From Leucoraja ocellata (taxonomy: Eukaryota): a stretch of DNA of 64,000 bases. The number at the start of each line of letters is the position of its first letter. Position 1 is the stretch's first letter. Both the position numbers and the translations under genes were made by a program. Where the stretch lies: the NCBI GenBank assembly GCA_036785375.1, contig JAWMAR010000032.1, positions 6,448,001 through 6,512,000 on the forward strand. The letters run 5' to 3'. This document shows positions 34,046 through 48,146 of this stretch, in pieces. A model generated the notes under the pieces. That model saw only the letters and a program-made list of their open reading frames with translations. It did no database searches and was not told the DNA's origin.

Positions 34046-37000
34046 TATCTCTTGTATTTGAAGCTTGGTCACCTTCTCCTCCAGCTATCTAAGTAATTGC
34101 TGATTATGCAGATTGAAGCTAGGTTAGCAGGGAATTAAAATTATATTGTCCTTTTATTGTGTTTAAAGTATAAAACCGTTTAAGAACAAAGATAACAACA
34201 GGTGATTAAATGGAGTTTCTGTAGATATGGCTGCATTGCTTTTATGGGTGTAGACAAATGGTTCTGTAGAATTGCATCTATAATAGGAGTACATCTGAGC
34301 TGACTAGACTATCCAACACCTTTTGAGTTAAAGTTCAAATCAACAGTCTAAAAATTTTTGAGAATGAAAACCCCAGACACTCAAAATTACTTTAGTGTCT
34401 ATCTTCAGTTTAAACCAGCATCTGCAGTTCCTTCTTACTCAAAATTAGTGTGGTGAGGGCTGACCACATGGGTACTAAAACTTCCAAATTATTGAATGAC
34501 AAAATAAATATGCCAGTGCCCACATTTGCTGTGCCAAGTAGTAAAATAAATTGCCTGGAAAAGATGCAGAACTCAGTGAGATAGGCTGCATCTCTGAAGA
34601 GAAGGAATGGGTGACATTCCGAGTCGCGACCCTTCTTTACATTGGGAGTCGGGGGAGGGAAATTGGAGATATGGAAGGGTACAAAGAAGATGTAAGGTGT
34701 GAAAATGATAGATCAAAGCAGACAATGAACAAGGGAAATGTACAATGGTTTATTGTTGGCTGAGGGAAAGGTAACAACGAGGTAAACAAATGGTAAAATT
34801 AGTCAGGAGGACAGTGAAACTAGTCGGAAACTACCGGTTGCTAAACACTTTAACTCCCCCTCCCATTCCCATACCAACCTTTCTGCCCTGGGCCTCCTCC
34901 ACTGTCAAGAGTGAGACCAAATGCAAATTGAAGGAACAACGCCTCATATTTCACTTGGGCAGCTGACAATCCAGCAGCATGAATATTTATTAACTTCTAG
35001 TAACCCTTGCTTTCCCTCTCTCTCCGTCACTCCCCCCACCGTAGTTCTCCAACAGGTTTCACTGTCTTCCTGTGAATTCTACTGCATGTATGCCTCATTG
35101 TCACCTTTCCCTCAGCCAACAATGAACCATTCTGCGTTTCCTTGATTGTCCCCTGCTTTGATCTGCTGTTTTCACACCTTAAATTTTTTTTGTACTGTTC
35201 CATATCTCCAGCTTTCCTCTCCCTCGACTCTCAGTCTACAGAAGGATCTTAATCCGAAACGTCACCCATTCCTTCTCTTCAGAGATACTGTCTGTCCAGC
35301 TGAGTTACTCCAGCATTTTGTGTATATCTTCAGTGTATACTAGCATCTGCAGTTCCTTCCTATACAGCCAGTCAAAACCTTTCTCGATCTCAAGATGGTG
35401 TAAAATATATTACCTGAAGATGTCTGATGCCTGTGGGCACATGTTCATGTCATAGGAGCAGAATTGAGCCATTTGGACCATCGAGTCTACTCCTCCATTC
35501 AATCATGGGATACACAAAATGCTGGGGTAACTCAGTGGGTCAGGCAGCATCGCTGGAGAACATGAATAGGTGACATTTTGGGCTGGGTCCCTTCTTCAGA
35601 GTCTGAAGAAGGGTTCCGACCTGACACATCACTAACCACTATCTTCAGCGCCATTTGTTTACATAGCACTAGTAATTTCAATCTAGACACAAGGAACTGG
35701 TTTACAATGCTGGTTTACAAAAAATGTCACAAATTGCTGGATAACATGCATGGGTAATGTTTCAGGCCAGGAAACCACCCACCCTTGTTTTCCAGAGATG
35801 CTATCTGACCCACTGGGTTACTCCAGAACTTTGTTTAAATCTCATAATTTAAAACCTGGTTACTGTGTAGTATATGCTTGAAATAATTGACGATTTGTTC
35901 TTTTTTGTATTAAACTAACACCAGCAGTTCTTTGTAATTTCACTCTCCTTTTTATCATTTTTGCCTGGGTGCTTCTCCATAACAGGGTTAATGAACTTTG
36001 CATATGGTTTGCCTGGTTGGCCGATATCTGTCAAATGCCGGTGCTCTGTTGTCTCTTACCTTATTGTCCTGGGTTATTTATACTTAGTTATTTCTGTACA
36101 AATCATTATGAGCCTCACTGCAATGTTATATAAATATTTAAGGTGACAATTGAATGTGCCCGATAGTAACCATTATTGAAGCAGAAATGCATCGGTAAAT
36201 TTGCACACAATTAGATTGAATAGACAAATCCAGTATAATATGTTAATTGCCTGTGGGAAAAACTGCTCTGGTTACTGCAATTCTTAGCTGATGTTTTGTA
36301 TCAACCAAACATAAAACCACCTTGGTTTATCGTTGCATTTGAAATGGAATATCTCCAATTGGAGAGCACTTTACTGGTTTAATACTGACAGATATAAATA
36401 CAGTACATTGATTGCAACCACCAAGTGTTGTCTATTGATAGTTTCCTGGGTTACAAAATTAAATAATTTGTTTGGCAAACCCAATATTGGTTGTTATGTG
36501 ACAGCTTTGTATTATGTATGTTGTGAGCTCTGAATTTATTCTCGATTACAGTGACTAATCATCAATGAGGTAGTAACTGTAGATAATTTACTTTGACGTC
36601 TGTTTTGCATGCTTTCATTTGGAAATGGTTCTGGCCATATGTAACAAGATAGTTGACTGAAGAAGGGTCTCAAAGCTAAACGTCACCCATTCCTTCTCTC
36701 CAGAGATGCTGCCTGTTACTACAGTTACTGAGTTACTCCAGCATTTTGTGTATATCTGATTTAAACCGGCATGTGCAGTTCCTTTGTGTAGGAAAGAACT
36801 GCAGATGCTGGTTTAAATCGAAGGTAGACACAAAACACTGGAGTAACTCAGTGGGACAGGCCTGGGTGATGTTTTGGGTCGAGACTCTTCTTCAGACTTC
36901 TTTTCTCCAGAGATGCTGCCTGTCCCTCTAGGTTACTCCATAATTTTGTACCTTCCTGCAGTTCCTTCCTACACAAGATAGTTGACTATCCATGTTCTCC

Positions 37001-37109
37001 AGAGATGCTGCCGGACCAGCTGAGTTACGCCAACATGTTGTGTCCTTTTGTGTATTAATCAGCTGCAGTTCCTTGTATCTATATTTTCTCGGCTCCACTG
37101 CAAAATCTT

Positions 37110-37678
37110 CGACCACACCTGGAGTATTGTGTGCAGTTTTGGTCCCCTAATTTGTGGATGGACATTCCTGCTATTGAGAGAGTGTAGCGTAGGTTTACAA
37201 GGTTAATTCCCGGAATGGTGGGACTGTCATATGCTGGGAGAATGGAGCAGCTAGGCTTGTACACTCTGGAGTTTAGAAGCATGAGAGGGGATCTCATTGA
37301 AACATATAAGATTGTTAAGGGCTTGGACAAACTAGAGGCAGGAACCATGTTCCCGATGTTGGGGGAGTCCAGAACCAAGGGCCACAGTTTAAGAATAAGG
37401 AGCAAGCCATTTAGAGCGGAGACGAGGAAACACTTTTTCCTCACAGAGTGGTGAGTCTGTGGAATTCTCTGCCACAGAGGGCGGTGGAGGCAGGTTCTCT
37501 GCATGCTTTCAAGAAAGAGCTCGATAGGGCTCTTAAAAATAGTGGAATCAGGGGATATGGGAAGAGGGCAGGAACGGGGTACTGATTGTGGATGATCAGC
37601 CATGATCACATTGAATGGCGGTGCTGGCTCGAAGGGCCAAATGGCCTACTCCTGCACCTATTGTCTGTTGTCTATTGT
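37110..37678 (+). mobile_element. CR1 3' fragment
   Basis: LGLYTLEFRSMRGDLIETYKI and the CR1 3' UTR ending CCTACTCCTGCACCTATTGTC. Confidence 0.85.
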
Positions 37679-39415
37679 CAACCACGTTTCCACCTATTAC
37701 CTATGGCACTTTGCCCTACCTCTCCCTTCCCGCTTTCTTCTCCACCCCCTTACAACCATTCCCAACCCGAAACATCATCTATCCATGTTCTCCAGAGATG
37801 CTGCCTGACCCACTGATTACGCCAGCACTTTGTGTCCTTTTGTGTATTAACCAGCATCTATTTCAACATTTCTGCTTAATGATTTAAAGTTACTTAAAAT
37901 GCCAGCACTTTTGGACATAATGACTAGGGTGAATAGTTAATTTGTTAGAATGGTGGATTTATCTCAAATTTTCTTATTGAATAATGTGGCAAGGAATATT
38001 ATCTAATTCATAATATTTGAATTTGAAGGCTTTGATTGGTGTAGAAAAGATTTACTAGACTATTTCCAGGACTGGTTTTGTTTCATGGTTAGACTGGAAA
38101 ACTTGGGTTTTCTGAAATCAAAATAAAGATAAGGAATTGTGATATTTTAAATAAACAGTTTCAAATCACACATTGACTCAAAAAAAAATTGGCAATTGAT
38201 AAAATAATCTGCCATGGGGGAAACTGTTTGGGTGCAGCCTTAAACATTGAAAGGCTTAATTAACAACTTTTTTTGTCGTAACTTGAATCTAAGTATTGTG
38301 ACATGGCATTCTTAGAGATTGTTTAGCACTTTGAACTCTTGTTTGCATGCATACGTTATTTTGAGGTGTGGTTTGTTTTGTCATAATCTAACATTGTAGA
38401 TGAGGGTGGAAATGAGAAATTACATAAATAGACAATAGGTGCAGGAGTAGGCCATTTGACCCTTCGAGCCAGCACTGCCATTCACTGTGATCATGGATGA
38501 TCATTCACAGTCAGTACCCCGTTCCTGCCTTCTCCCCATATCCCTTGACTTTGCTATCTTTAAGAGCTCTATCTAACTCTCTTGAAAACATCCAGATAAT
38601 TGGCCTTCACTGCCTTCTGAGGCGGAGAATTCCACAGATTCACAACTCTCTGGGTGAAAAAGATTTAACTCATCTTCGTTCTAACTGGCATACTCCTTAT
38701 TCTTAAACTGTGGCCCCTGGTTCTGCACTCCCTCAACACTGGGAACATGTTTCTTGCCTGTAGTGTGTCCAATCCCTTAATAATATGTTTCAATAAGATA
38801 TCCTCTCATCCTTCTAAATTCCAGTGTATACAAGCCCAGTTGCTCCATTCTATCAACATATGACAGTCCCGCCATCCCGGGAATACTGGCTCGGAATACT
38901 TTCATTTCCCCCCACTTATTTCTCCTAACCTATGCTCCCTCTATATCCTCAACTACTCCCATACTCTATCAGTCATCTGAACAGCAATTCAGATCGGCCA
39001 ACTAGCCCACGTGTCTTTGGAAACCTGTGTAGAAAAAAGTGGTCTTTAGAAACGGAAAAATAGGTCCAGGAGTAGGCCATTTGGCCCTTTGCGCCAGCAC
39101 TGCCATTTAATATGGTCAAGGGCTGATCATCTAAAATCAGTACCCCCATTCCTGCTATTTCCCCATATCCCTTGATTCCTTTAGCCCTAAAACCTAAATC
39201 TAACTCTCACTTGATAACGTCCAGTAAATTGGCCTCCACCGCCTTCTGCGGCAGAGAATTCCACAGATTCACAACTCTGGGTGAAGAAATTTCTCCCAAT
39301 CTCAGTCCTAAAAGGCCTATCCCTTATTCTTAAACTGTGACCCTTGATTCTGGACTCCCCAAACATCGGGAACATTTTTCCTGCATCTAGCCTGTCCAAT
39401 CCTTTAAGAATTTTA

Positions 39416-39692
39416 CTGGACTAAGGGACCTGTTCCCTCAAAGTAATGATCCACCATTCTGGGGAGGGAGCTGGTGTGGGAAGGTGTGTGTGTGTGCGTG
39501 TGCGTGCGTGTCTTCAAAACCTTCATCACTTTTGTACAATTTCACCGATCGGAACAAAACTTTTTTGACTTGCAGCAGAGGAGAATGGTGTATAAGGTGG
39601 TGAAACATCGTTACGCTGTGGGGGATTGTTTTTGCGCAAATTTAATTACCACGCAGACAGGAAGTGGTAAAGATGAGAGTTTTAGTAATATA
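39416..39692 (-). mobile_element. Short non-autonomous Helitron abutting the one above
   Basis: Minus strand starts TATATTACTAAAACTCTCATCTT and ends with an AGGGA...TCCCT hairpin + TAGT-CCAG (CTAG variant). Confidence 0.65.
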
Positions 39693-40506
39693 CTAGACTA
39701 AGTGAGATCCGTTGGGTCCCAGCTTCACACGGGAGGGCTGGTCCCCCAATGCAATATTCCACCTCCGCCAATTCCAATATATACACGCACACTCTCACAC
39801 TCTCACACGCGCACACTCTCTCACACACGCGCACACTCTCACACACGCTGACACACCATATATATGACTGTAAACTTTCTTGAATCTACTCACACGGCTG
39901 AGCGCAGTCTCTCCACTGTGGGGCTCCCGCATTCAGTGGCGCTTCCGCAATCAGCACGACATCTGCACTCACCGGAAATTACGCAATCAGCGCTACCTTC
40001 CACTAGGTGGAAGTCACAAAATGAGCTGGAGTTTTGGACTAAAGACAGTCGGACCTAATAAAGCATTGATTCCTTCCAAACACAGTTGGACCAAATAAAG
40101 CATTGCAGTTTCAAGCATAGGCAGGGCAGCAGGCCAAACAACTCATGGCATTGTCATTAAGGGCTAACAAATCGTTTATTGCAAGTACATTGCAGACTCG
40201 CATTCAGTTGATTCACAGCTTAGAATAACAGTTGTGGCCTCTCCCTTGTGAGTGACTGACTCGCGTCTAGGCATCTGGGGTTTTATAGCCCTGTCCTGCC
40301 CCCCCACCCCACCCGAAGGGGCGTTACCTTAATCACAGTGATTGACAGGCGAGAGGACCAATCAGCTGATCTCAAGGTTTTTTAAACACTAATAACTTTT
40401 TTCTTTTTCATCGATGGTAAAAATACTCGGGGCTGGCTCAGTGGAGGAGGACTGAGTAAGATGGCCAAAAATCACAGCAGTGGTCAAGATGAGACTTTTA
40501 ATTAGA
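39693..40506 (-). mobile_element. Non-autonomous Helitron
   Basis: Minus strand starts TCTAATTAAAAGTCTCATCTTG and ends GGGACCC-AAC-GGATCTC hairpin + ACTTAGT-CTAG. Sits between A and T with no TSD. Confidence 0.8.
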
Positions 40507-40551
40507 TAGATAGATAGATGGATGGATGGATAGATAGATGGATGGATGGAT
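40503..40551. repeat. (GATA)/(GATG) tetranucleotide microsatellite at the Helitron 5' terminus
   Basis: tagatagatagatagatggatggatggatagatagatggatggatggat. Confidence 0.9.
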
Positions 40552-42119
40552 ATGTTTCTATAAGATTCCCTCTCATCCTCCTAAATTCCAGTGAATACAA
40601 GAGCAGTCGACTCATTCTTTCATGTGTCAGTCCCACCATCCAGGTAATTAACCCGGTGAACCTACGCTGCACTCCCTCAATAGCAATAATGTCCTTCCTC
40701 AAATTAGGAGACTAAAATTGCACAAAATACTCCAGGTATGGTCTCACCGGGGCCCTGTACCACTGCAGTAGGACAGTCCAACTGGGATCTCCTTGCTCCT
40801 AAACTCAAATCCTCTCGCAATGTAGGCCACACGCCATCCGCTTTCTTCACTGCCTGCTGTACCTGCATGCTTACTTTCAGACTGATATACAAGCATACCC
40901 AGATCTCGTTGCACCTCCCCTTCTCCTAATCTGACACCATTCAGTTAATAATCTGCCTTCCTGTTCTTGCAACCAAAGTGGATAACATCACATTTATCCA
41001 CATTATACTGCCATGCATCTGCCCACTCACCCAACCTCATAGTAATCCTCATTGCATCTCACACTGCCACCCAGCTTTGTGTCATCTGCAATCTTGGAGA
41101 TATTTCATTTAATTCCCTCGTGTAAATCGTTAATATGCATTGTAAATAACTGGGGTCCCAGCACCACACCCTACTAGTCACTGCCTGTCATTCTGAAAAG
41201 GACCCGTTAATTCCTACTCTTTGCTTCCTGTCTACCAACCTGTTCTCTATACATGTCAATACCTTGTCCCCAATACCATTGCCCTAATTTTGCACACTAA
41301 TCTCTTGTGTGGGATCTTGTCAAAGGCTTTTTGAAAGTCCAGATACACCACATCCACTGGCTCTTCCATATCCATTCTACTTGTTACATCCTCAAAAAAT
41401 TTCAGAAGATTAGTCGAGCATGTTTTCCCCTTCATAAATCCATGCTGACTTTGACCGGTCCTGTCACTTTTTTGCAAATGTGCTGCTATAACATTTTTAA
41501 TAATCAACTCGAGCATCTTCCCCATTATCAATGGATGGCCAACTGGCCTATAATTCCCTGTTTTCTCTCTCTCCCACCTTTCTTAAAAAGTGGGGTTACA
41601 TTGGCTACCCTCCAGTTCACAGCAACTGATCCAGAGTGGAAAGAACATTGAAAAATGATCACCAATGCATCCAGGTTTTGAAGGGCCACCTCCTTGAGTA
41701 CTCTGGGATGCAGACCATCAGGTTCTGGGGATTTATCTGCCTTCAGTCCCAACAGTTTACCTAACACCGTTTACTGACTAATGTGGATTCCCTTCAGTTC
41801 ATCCCTCCCACTAGATCCTTGGTCCCTTAGTATTTCTGGGAGATTGTTTGTGTCTTCCTTAATGAAGACAGAACCAAAGCACTTGTTTAACCGTTCTTCC
41901 ATTTCCTTGTTTCCCATTATAAATTCACCTGTCTCTGATTGTAAGGGAGCTACATTTGGCTTCACTAATATTTTCCTTTTTATGTATCTTTTGCTTGGGA
42001 GTAATGAAAAAGAAATCAGAAAAAGAGATCGGGTAGACGCACAGAGTCTTTTGCCTAGAGTTGGAAAATTAAGAACCAGAGGATATAGGTTTAAGGTGTG
42101 GGGAAGCAGAAATAATATG

Positions 42120-42296
42120 TGAATGCTTCATTGACCATATTTCCGACTGGTAACTACGCACTTCGTCCGAGCACATTATCGCACGTGTCATGCAAGCCAT
42201 CCTAAATGACCACCTAAACTGTCATTAGGCAACCTAAAAGCTGCCTAGGTTGCCTGGCTGGCAACAGAGGAAAAAAAAGTTAAGTGAGAGCCCTGT
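42120..42296 (-). mobile_element. Probable hAT terminal fragment
   Basis: Ends AAGTGAGAGCCCTG (CAGGGCTCTCACTT on -), a hAT-like terminus. No partner end found. Confidence 0.4.
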
Positions 42297-42894
42297 GACT
42301 AGTGGATATCCACAGGGATCTGTGTTAGAATCTGTTGTTTATGTGTGTGTGTGTGTAACAGACTTAAACGTAAATGTAGAGGTGGGTTGATTATTAAGTT
42401 TGCTGATGACACCAAAATTGGTAGAGTTGCGGATAGTGAGGAAGGCTGCGGTACAGGCCAGTTACAGTAAATGGCAGATGGAGTTTAATCTGAGCAAGTT
42501 GTACTTTGGGAGCTCGAATGCAAGGGGGAAAAATATTCTATTCATGTCATAACATTGTAATGGCATATTTTTGTATGGAGCATCTTGGGATCCAAGTCAA
42601 TAGTTTCCTGAAAATAGTGACGCAAGTAGAAAGGTTGGTAAGAAGGCACGTGGTATGTTTTCCTTCACTGGTTGGGGCATTGAGTATAAGAGTCAGGAAG
42701 TTATGTTACTCTGGTTAGGATGTATTTGGAGTACCGCTCGTGGCTAAGGGTTGCCTTATTACAGGGCAGCTTTGGAGAGGGTAAGGAAGAGTTTACCAGA
42801 ATGCTGCCTGGATTAGATGGTATTAGCTACAAAGAGAGCTTGGGCAGACTTGGATTGTTTTCTTTAGTACGCCAGAGGTTGAGGGGAGACCTGA

Positions 42895-43610
42895 GAGATC
42901 AAAGTTTCAAGGTCAATTTATTGTCACATGTACCAGTTAAGATGCAGTGAAATTTGAGTACCATACAGCCATACTAAGTGAAAAGCAACAAAACACACAA
43001 CCACATAAGTTAACATAAACATCCATCACTGTGGATTCCACATTCCTCACTGTGATGGAAGGCAATAAAGTTCAATCTTCTTCCTCCTTGTTCTCCTGCG
43101 GTCGGGGCAGTCAAACCATCCGTGGCCATCAAAGCCCTCGCAGCCGACGATCGAAGCCCCCGTCGGGGTGATCGAAACTCCGGCGTCGGGGAGGTTGAAA
43201 CTCTCTCCGTGGCTTGGATCTCCCGAGTTGGCCTCTTCTTACCAGAGACCGCGGGCTTCACAATGTTAAAGGCCACAGGCCCCGCGGTTGGAGCTTTGAT
43301 CCCTGGCAAAGGGATCGCAAGCTCCGTGATGTTGAAGCCCCGCAGACTCCTGTAGCTTGGAGCGCCTGTCGGCCTCCAGGAAACACCACCAACTCCACGA
43401 TGTTAGGCCAAGGTGGGGATGGAGATACGATATGGAAAAATCTCATCTCCGTCGAGTTAAGAGACTGAAAAAAAAGTTTCCCCCACTCCCCACATAAAAC
43501 AAACAAAGGAACACCAAAACATACTTTTCACACATACTAAAAATAACAAAAAAGAAGAAAGGACAGACAGACTGTTGGCGAGGCGAACACTGCTGGTGGC
43601 GCCACCCGAT
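42895..43610 (-). mobile_element. GC-rich non-coding retroelement, related to 22672-23466, inserted in a CR1
   Basis: Minus strand carries TGCCTTCCATCACAGTGAGGA and a CATGTGACAATAAA tail. The flanking CR1 sequence resumes on both sides. Confidence 0.6.
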
Positions 43611-46600
43611 GTTCTTAGAATTAGGAGAGATGTAGTTTAGTAGACAGTCAAAACCATTTTCTCAGGGTGGAAATGTCAAAGACTAGAGAGCATGGCTACG
43701 GTGAGAGGGGCAAAGTTGAAAGGAGATGTGCAGGGCAAGTTCTCACATGTTACCAGGTTTGGTGGTACAGGCAGATATTATAGGGGCATTCAAGAGGCTT
43801 TTAGATACCCAGAGAATAGAGGGCTGTGGATCACATATAGGCAGAGGAGATTAATTGAACTTGGTATGGTTTTCAGCATATTCTTTGTGGGTCAAAGGGC
43901 TTGTTCCTATGCTGTACGGTTAGTCTACAATAGAGGTAAACTGAGTTCAGATGGGGGCCAAAGTAGCACAATGATTGTAGAGCAAATGATACTCTGAGCA
44001 TTCAGGCTGAAACTTTAGTCCAGCCTTGTGTGGTTCGGTATGTCTTGAATCTGCAGAACAGATTTATATTAACCAACTAATTTTAACTAAGAATTGTGCT
44101 AATCTGTTGCTAATTAATTTACTAGTGTGACTTTTGCAATCTCATCCAACAGCACTTCTAACATTTGACATTTTGGGGTTACAGTCAGTTCTGTCTGACC
44201 AGGGGAGGGTCTATATGCAAAAAGAGTAATTCGCCGCTCAAGAGAAAATTGGAGCCACATTGAGATTTATCAATGAGCACTAAAATAAAACTGGGATTTA
44301 AGGAAGTACTTAAATGGACATGAAATCATTGGAATGTCTCAAGGTGAAAGCATTCTAATTGCAATTATTTTATCAGGAAGGTGAATTCTTAACACATGAG
44401 TGAGATAAGGATGTTTACACTTTGGTGAGCTATTTGCTTTCACAAGCACAAACATGCAAATAAACGGATGTAATCTAGTTTTGTTAACTGATTTTACCAG
44501 ATTAGCTTACTTCCTGAAACGGTTTATGTCCAAGTTGAAGAGTTTTTCTGGCATTTTGTTAAATTTCCCCTGACTAGTGATTCTTAAAAGATCAGCAGAG
44601 ATTGTCCACAATCTCTAAAGCTACCTCTTTCAGAATCATGGGGTGTAGTCCAAAATGTCCAGGTGACTTATCCACCTTTCAGCTTCCCAAGCACCTTCTC
44701 ATTAGTAATATCAACTACACTAACTTCTGCCCCCTGACTCTCTTGAATTTCAGACACGTTGCTGGTGTCTTCCGCTGTGAAGATTGACACAACAAAACAT
44801 ATTCAATTCATCTGCCATTTCTTTATTCCCCATTATCACTTCTCCAGCATCATTTTCCAGTGGTCCAATGTCCACTCTTGCCTCTCTTTTTATATATCTG
44901 AAGAAACTTTTGCTTTCCTCTTTTATATTATTGACTAACTTGCCTTTATTTTTTTCTCTCCATGTTGCCTTCTGTTGGTTTGTAAAAGTTTCTCAACCTT
45001 CTAGCTTCCCACTAACGTGCAATATTATATGCCTTCTCTTTTAGTGTAATGCTGTCTTTGATTTCCCTTGTTGCATCGTTCTTCCCTTAGATTCTTTCTT
45101 CTTTAGAATGAAAAAATCCTGAGTCTTCTGAATGATCCCCAGAAACTCCTGCCATTACTGTCCCACCGTCAATCCTGCTAAGGTTCCTTTCCAATCAACT
45201 TTAGCCAGCTCATCCCTCATGCCTCTATTCTTCGTCATGTACCAGCACATGACTAAGTGTTATTGAGGATGCTTCCTATTAAGAGGAATTAGAAATGGAA
45301 TTGAATTGATTTACCGCCTCTTTCACCGACCAGAAAGAATGGGCGTATGCTCTCTTGGGTGCTCATTTATCTATCCAGTTGTAGATAGTTGACATTGATT
45401 TCAAAGCATTACTTAATGGAATTGGGAATTCAGTAAACACCTGGAATGGATTATCTTCTGATTTACCCAATAATTTATCTTTTGGCCCCCTCCAGCTACC
45501 AGTTTGCTTGGCCTTTCAATGGTCAGAAAAGACTCCCACCTAAATATTTAAAAACACTCTGATTTACCTCAGTGCCACTTTACTTGAACCTCCTTGAGTC
45601 TGATTTGACATACTGCTTACTGCCAAATAGTGGTAGGGTGGGGTTAATATGTTGGAAATATCTAAGCCTTTGCTTTTGGTCCGAGCTATTTAATTCTCCA
45701 GATGAGTCCATCCTTTTAAAAGATGGAACCAGACAATCTAAATGCCATGTCCAACTGAATGAACTGTCATTCAGATTAACTATCTGCCTCAGCCATACTA
45801 TTTTTGGATTATTCTAGTTGTTTGTCTCACATGTTTTTTGAACCAAAATCTTCATGTCAATATTTCCTACTTGCATTTTATTTCACACCACTTTCTTAGA
45901 TTTACCATTTGTTATGCTCACCTTAAATTGACCATCAGTTCATTTTTTCTTTAGTTTAAAAATTATTTTTGTTTTCAAAATGTTTTGAGATCTTGCCCCT
46001 CCCCTTGTGTTCTCCTGTCCACATGTTATCTAATTGGTGTCGATGTTTAGTACATTCCTGTGAAATATCTTGGCTGTTTTAGCTGGTTAAAATATGTATT
46101 TGTATTTTTTTTTCAGGCCAGGTTGTCTTTATCAGTTACTTTGCATAGCATCCTCTGAAAATACCTCATCCTCCCAACACTGGGGCCAAATACTGTACAC
46201 AATACGCAAATCTTAAATTGGACATCAACTTTATGAAAGCCAACATTTTAATATCACATGCTCATTGTAAGATTGTTCATTTACCCTTGTGGATCTGTAA
46301 CAAAGTCTTTCAGCTCTTTCACAGCTCTGGGTCAGCCATTACATAAAAATTACATTAATATCAATGCAACTGCTACTCCGTTGCATCAGCTTGATGTATT
46401 ACAGGATTATTTTGCAGTTTTGTCTAGTCTTTCAAATAGGATATGATAAATGTATTTGGCCGTTTCCTACAAGCTAATCTTCCTTCAGGCTGATTAAACT
46501 GCTGGTCTGGGCAATGTGGAGCTGAGGTTGTCTTGCACCATGAGCTAGTGTGCTTTGAGCCTTGCATTTACTCGTTTCAACAGCTAGGGTCAAGGAAAGA

Positions 46601-47476
46601 GTGTTCATGTTCTGGCCCTGTTTCCACCGATCTTTCCACCACATGCACAAGACGCCATTGTCTGCAGATGCCGAGAAGTGTGTTCAGCTCTGGCTGAACA
46701 ATTTCTAATCTTGTGATGTAGACTCGATAAGAAGATTTCAACAGCTTTAGTAATTTTGTTTTGTGAGTGAACTGGCTCAAATATTGTGGTTAATACCACA
46801 TCGTATTTGTGCAAAATTAGTGATCCTATAATATTTTTGTCAAGGGATTTAAAGCATGGAAATGGGCACTTTGGCCCAAGTTGTCTAAGTTTGTTTATCT
46901 ACAATGGTCTTTGTTGTTCATCAGAGCAACATTGTTAATTAAAGAAATATTCTCACACAGTGTTATAAACTGTCAAATCTATCTTCTAGTATCATCTGCA
47001 GTTGGTATCATCTGCAGTTGAAACACCATGTGACATTGAGCATGTTTGGTTTTGATGTAATGATTTTCTGTTAGATTTGGAGCATAAAAAGATTTTCTGT
47101 TCGATATGGAACATGACATCAGTGGAACGTTATTGTATTAATGTTAGTACTACTGGCAGCTACCTATGTAGTGCTCTTCTAATTTAAGATGATCTGAATT
47201 CCTGTCCTGAGATCAGCAGGCTGGCCCTGTGTTGCTCAACATTCATTGGGATGTGGGGATGTTCACGTGGCTAACTTGGACATGCTCTGATCATGTCACT
47301 TTTGTTGTTTTGCAAGTGATTGAAATGGAAACAACAAACGTGATGAAGTAAACATTTAAACAAGAATTTGCACTAATATCCTTTTCCAGCTCCTCGATTC
47401 CTCATGTTCTTGGAATTGTGCTTCTAAACCCAAAGGCAAAGATGTGATCAATTGTTATGGTGAGGCAAGTAAGGTG

Positions 47477-48146
47477 TCTAGGAAAGAACTGCAGATGCTG
47501 GTTTAAATCGAAGCTAGACACAAAATGCTGGAATAACTCCAGGACAGGCAGCAGCTCTGGAGAGAAGGAACGGGTGACGTTTCGAGTCGAGACCCTTCTT
47601 CAGGTTAATGCCAGGGGAGTGGATAGGACAGAGATGCATTGTAGTCGGTGACCGTAAGACTGGTGGGAGAACTGGGAAAGGGGAGGGGATGGAGAGAGAG
47701 AAAGCAAGGGCTATCTGAAGTTAGAGAAGTCAATGTTCATACCGCAGGGGTGTAAACTACCCAAGCGAAATATGAGGTGCTGTTCCTCCAAATTGCATTG
47801 GGCCTCACTCTGACAATGGAGGAGGCCCAGGTCAGATTGGGAATGGGAGGGGGGGTTAAAGTGCAGGGAGATCAGGTAGGGTGAGGCAGACTGAGCGGAG
47901 GTGTTCAGTGAAACGATCGACAAGTCTGCGCTTGGCCTCGCCGATGTACAGAAGTTGATACCTTGAACAGCGGATACAGTAGATGTGGTTGGAGGAGGTG
48001 CAAGTGAACCTCTTCCTCACCTGAAAAGACTGTCGGGGTCCTTGGACGGAGTCGAGGGGGGAGATAAAGGGACAGGTGTTACATCTCCTGCGGCTGCAGG
48101 GGAAAGTACCTGAGGAGGGGGTGGTTTGTGTGGGAAGGGACGAGTT
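47477..48146 (-). mobile_element. Penelope-like element 3' end: GIY-YIG endonuclease remnant plus terminal repeat with hammerhead motif
   Basis: FPCSRRRCNTCP...FTCTSSNHIYCIRC...LYIGEAKRRLVDRFTEHL is a GIY-YIG domain with a Cys motif. It is followed by CTGAAGAAGGGTCTCGACTCGAAACGTC on the minus strand. Confidence 0.88.

Larger units (their letters stand above)
39048..41990 (-). mobile_element. CR1 LINE (RT region), split by two Helitrons at 39416-40506
   Basis: Fragments LKADKSPEPDGLHPRVLKE, QHGFMKGKTCSTNL, VYLDFQKAFDK, LEFRRMRGNLIETY. The sequence aagaatttta|tatgtttctataag rejoins across the insertion. Confidence 0.88.
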
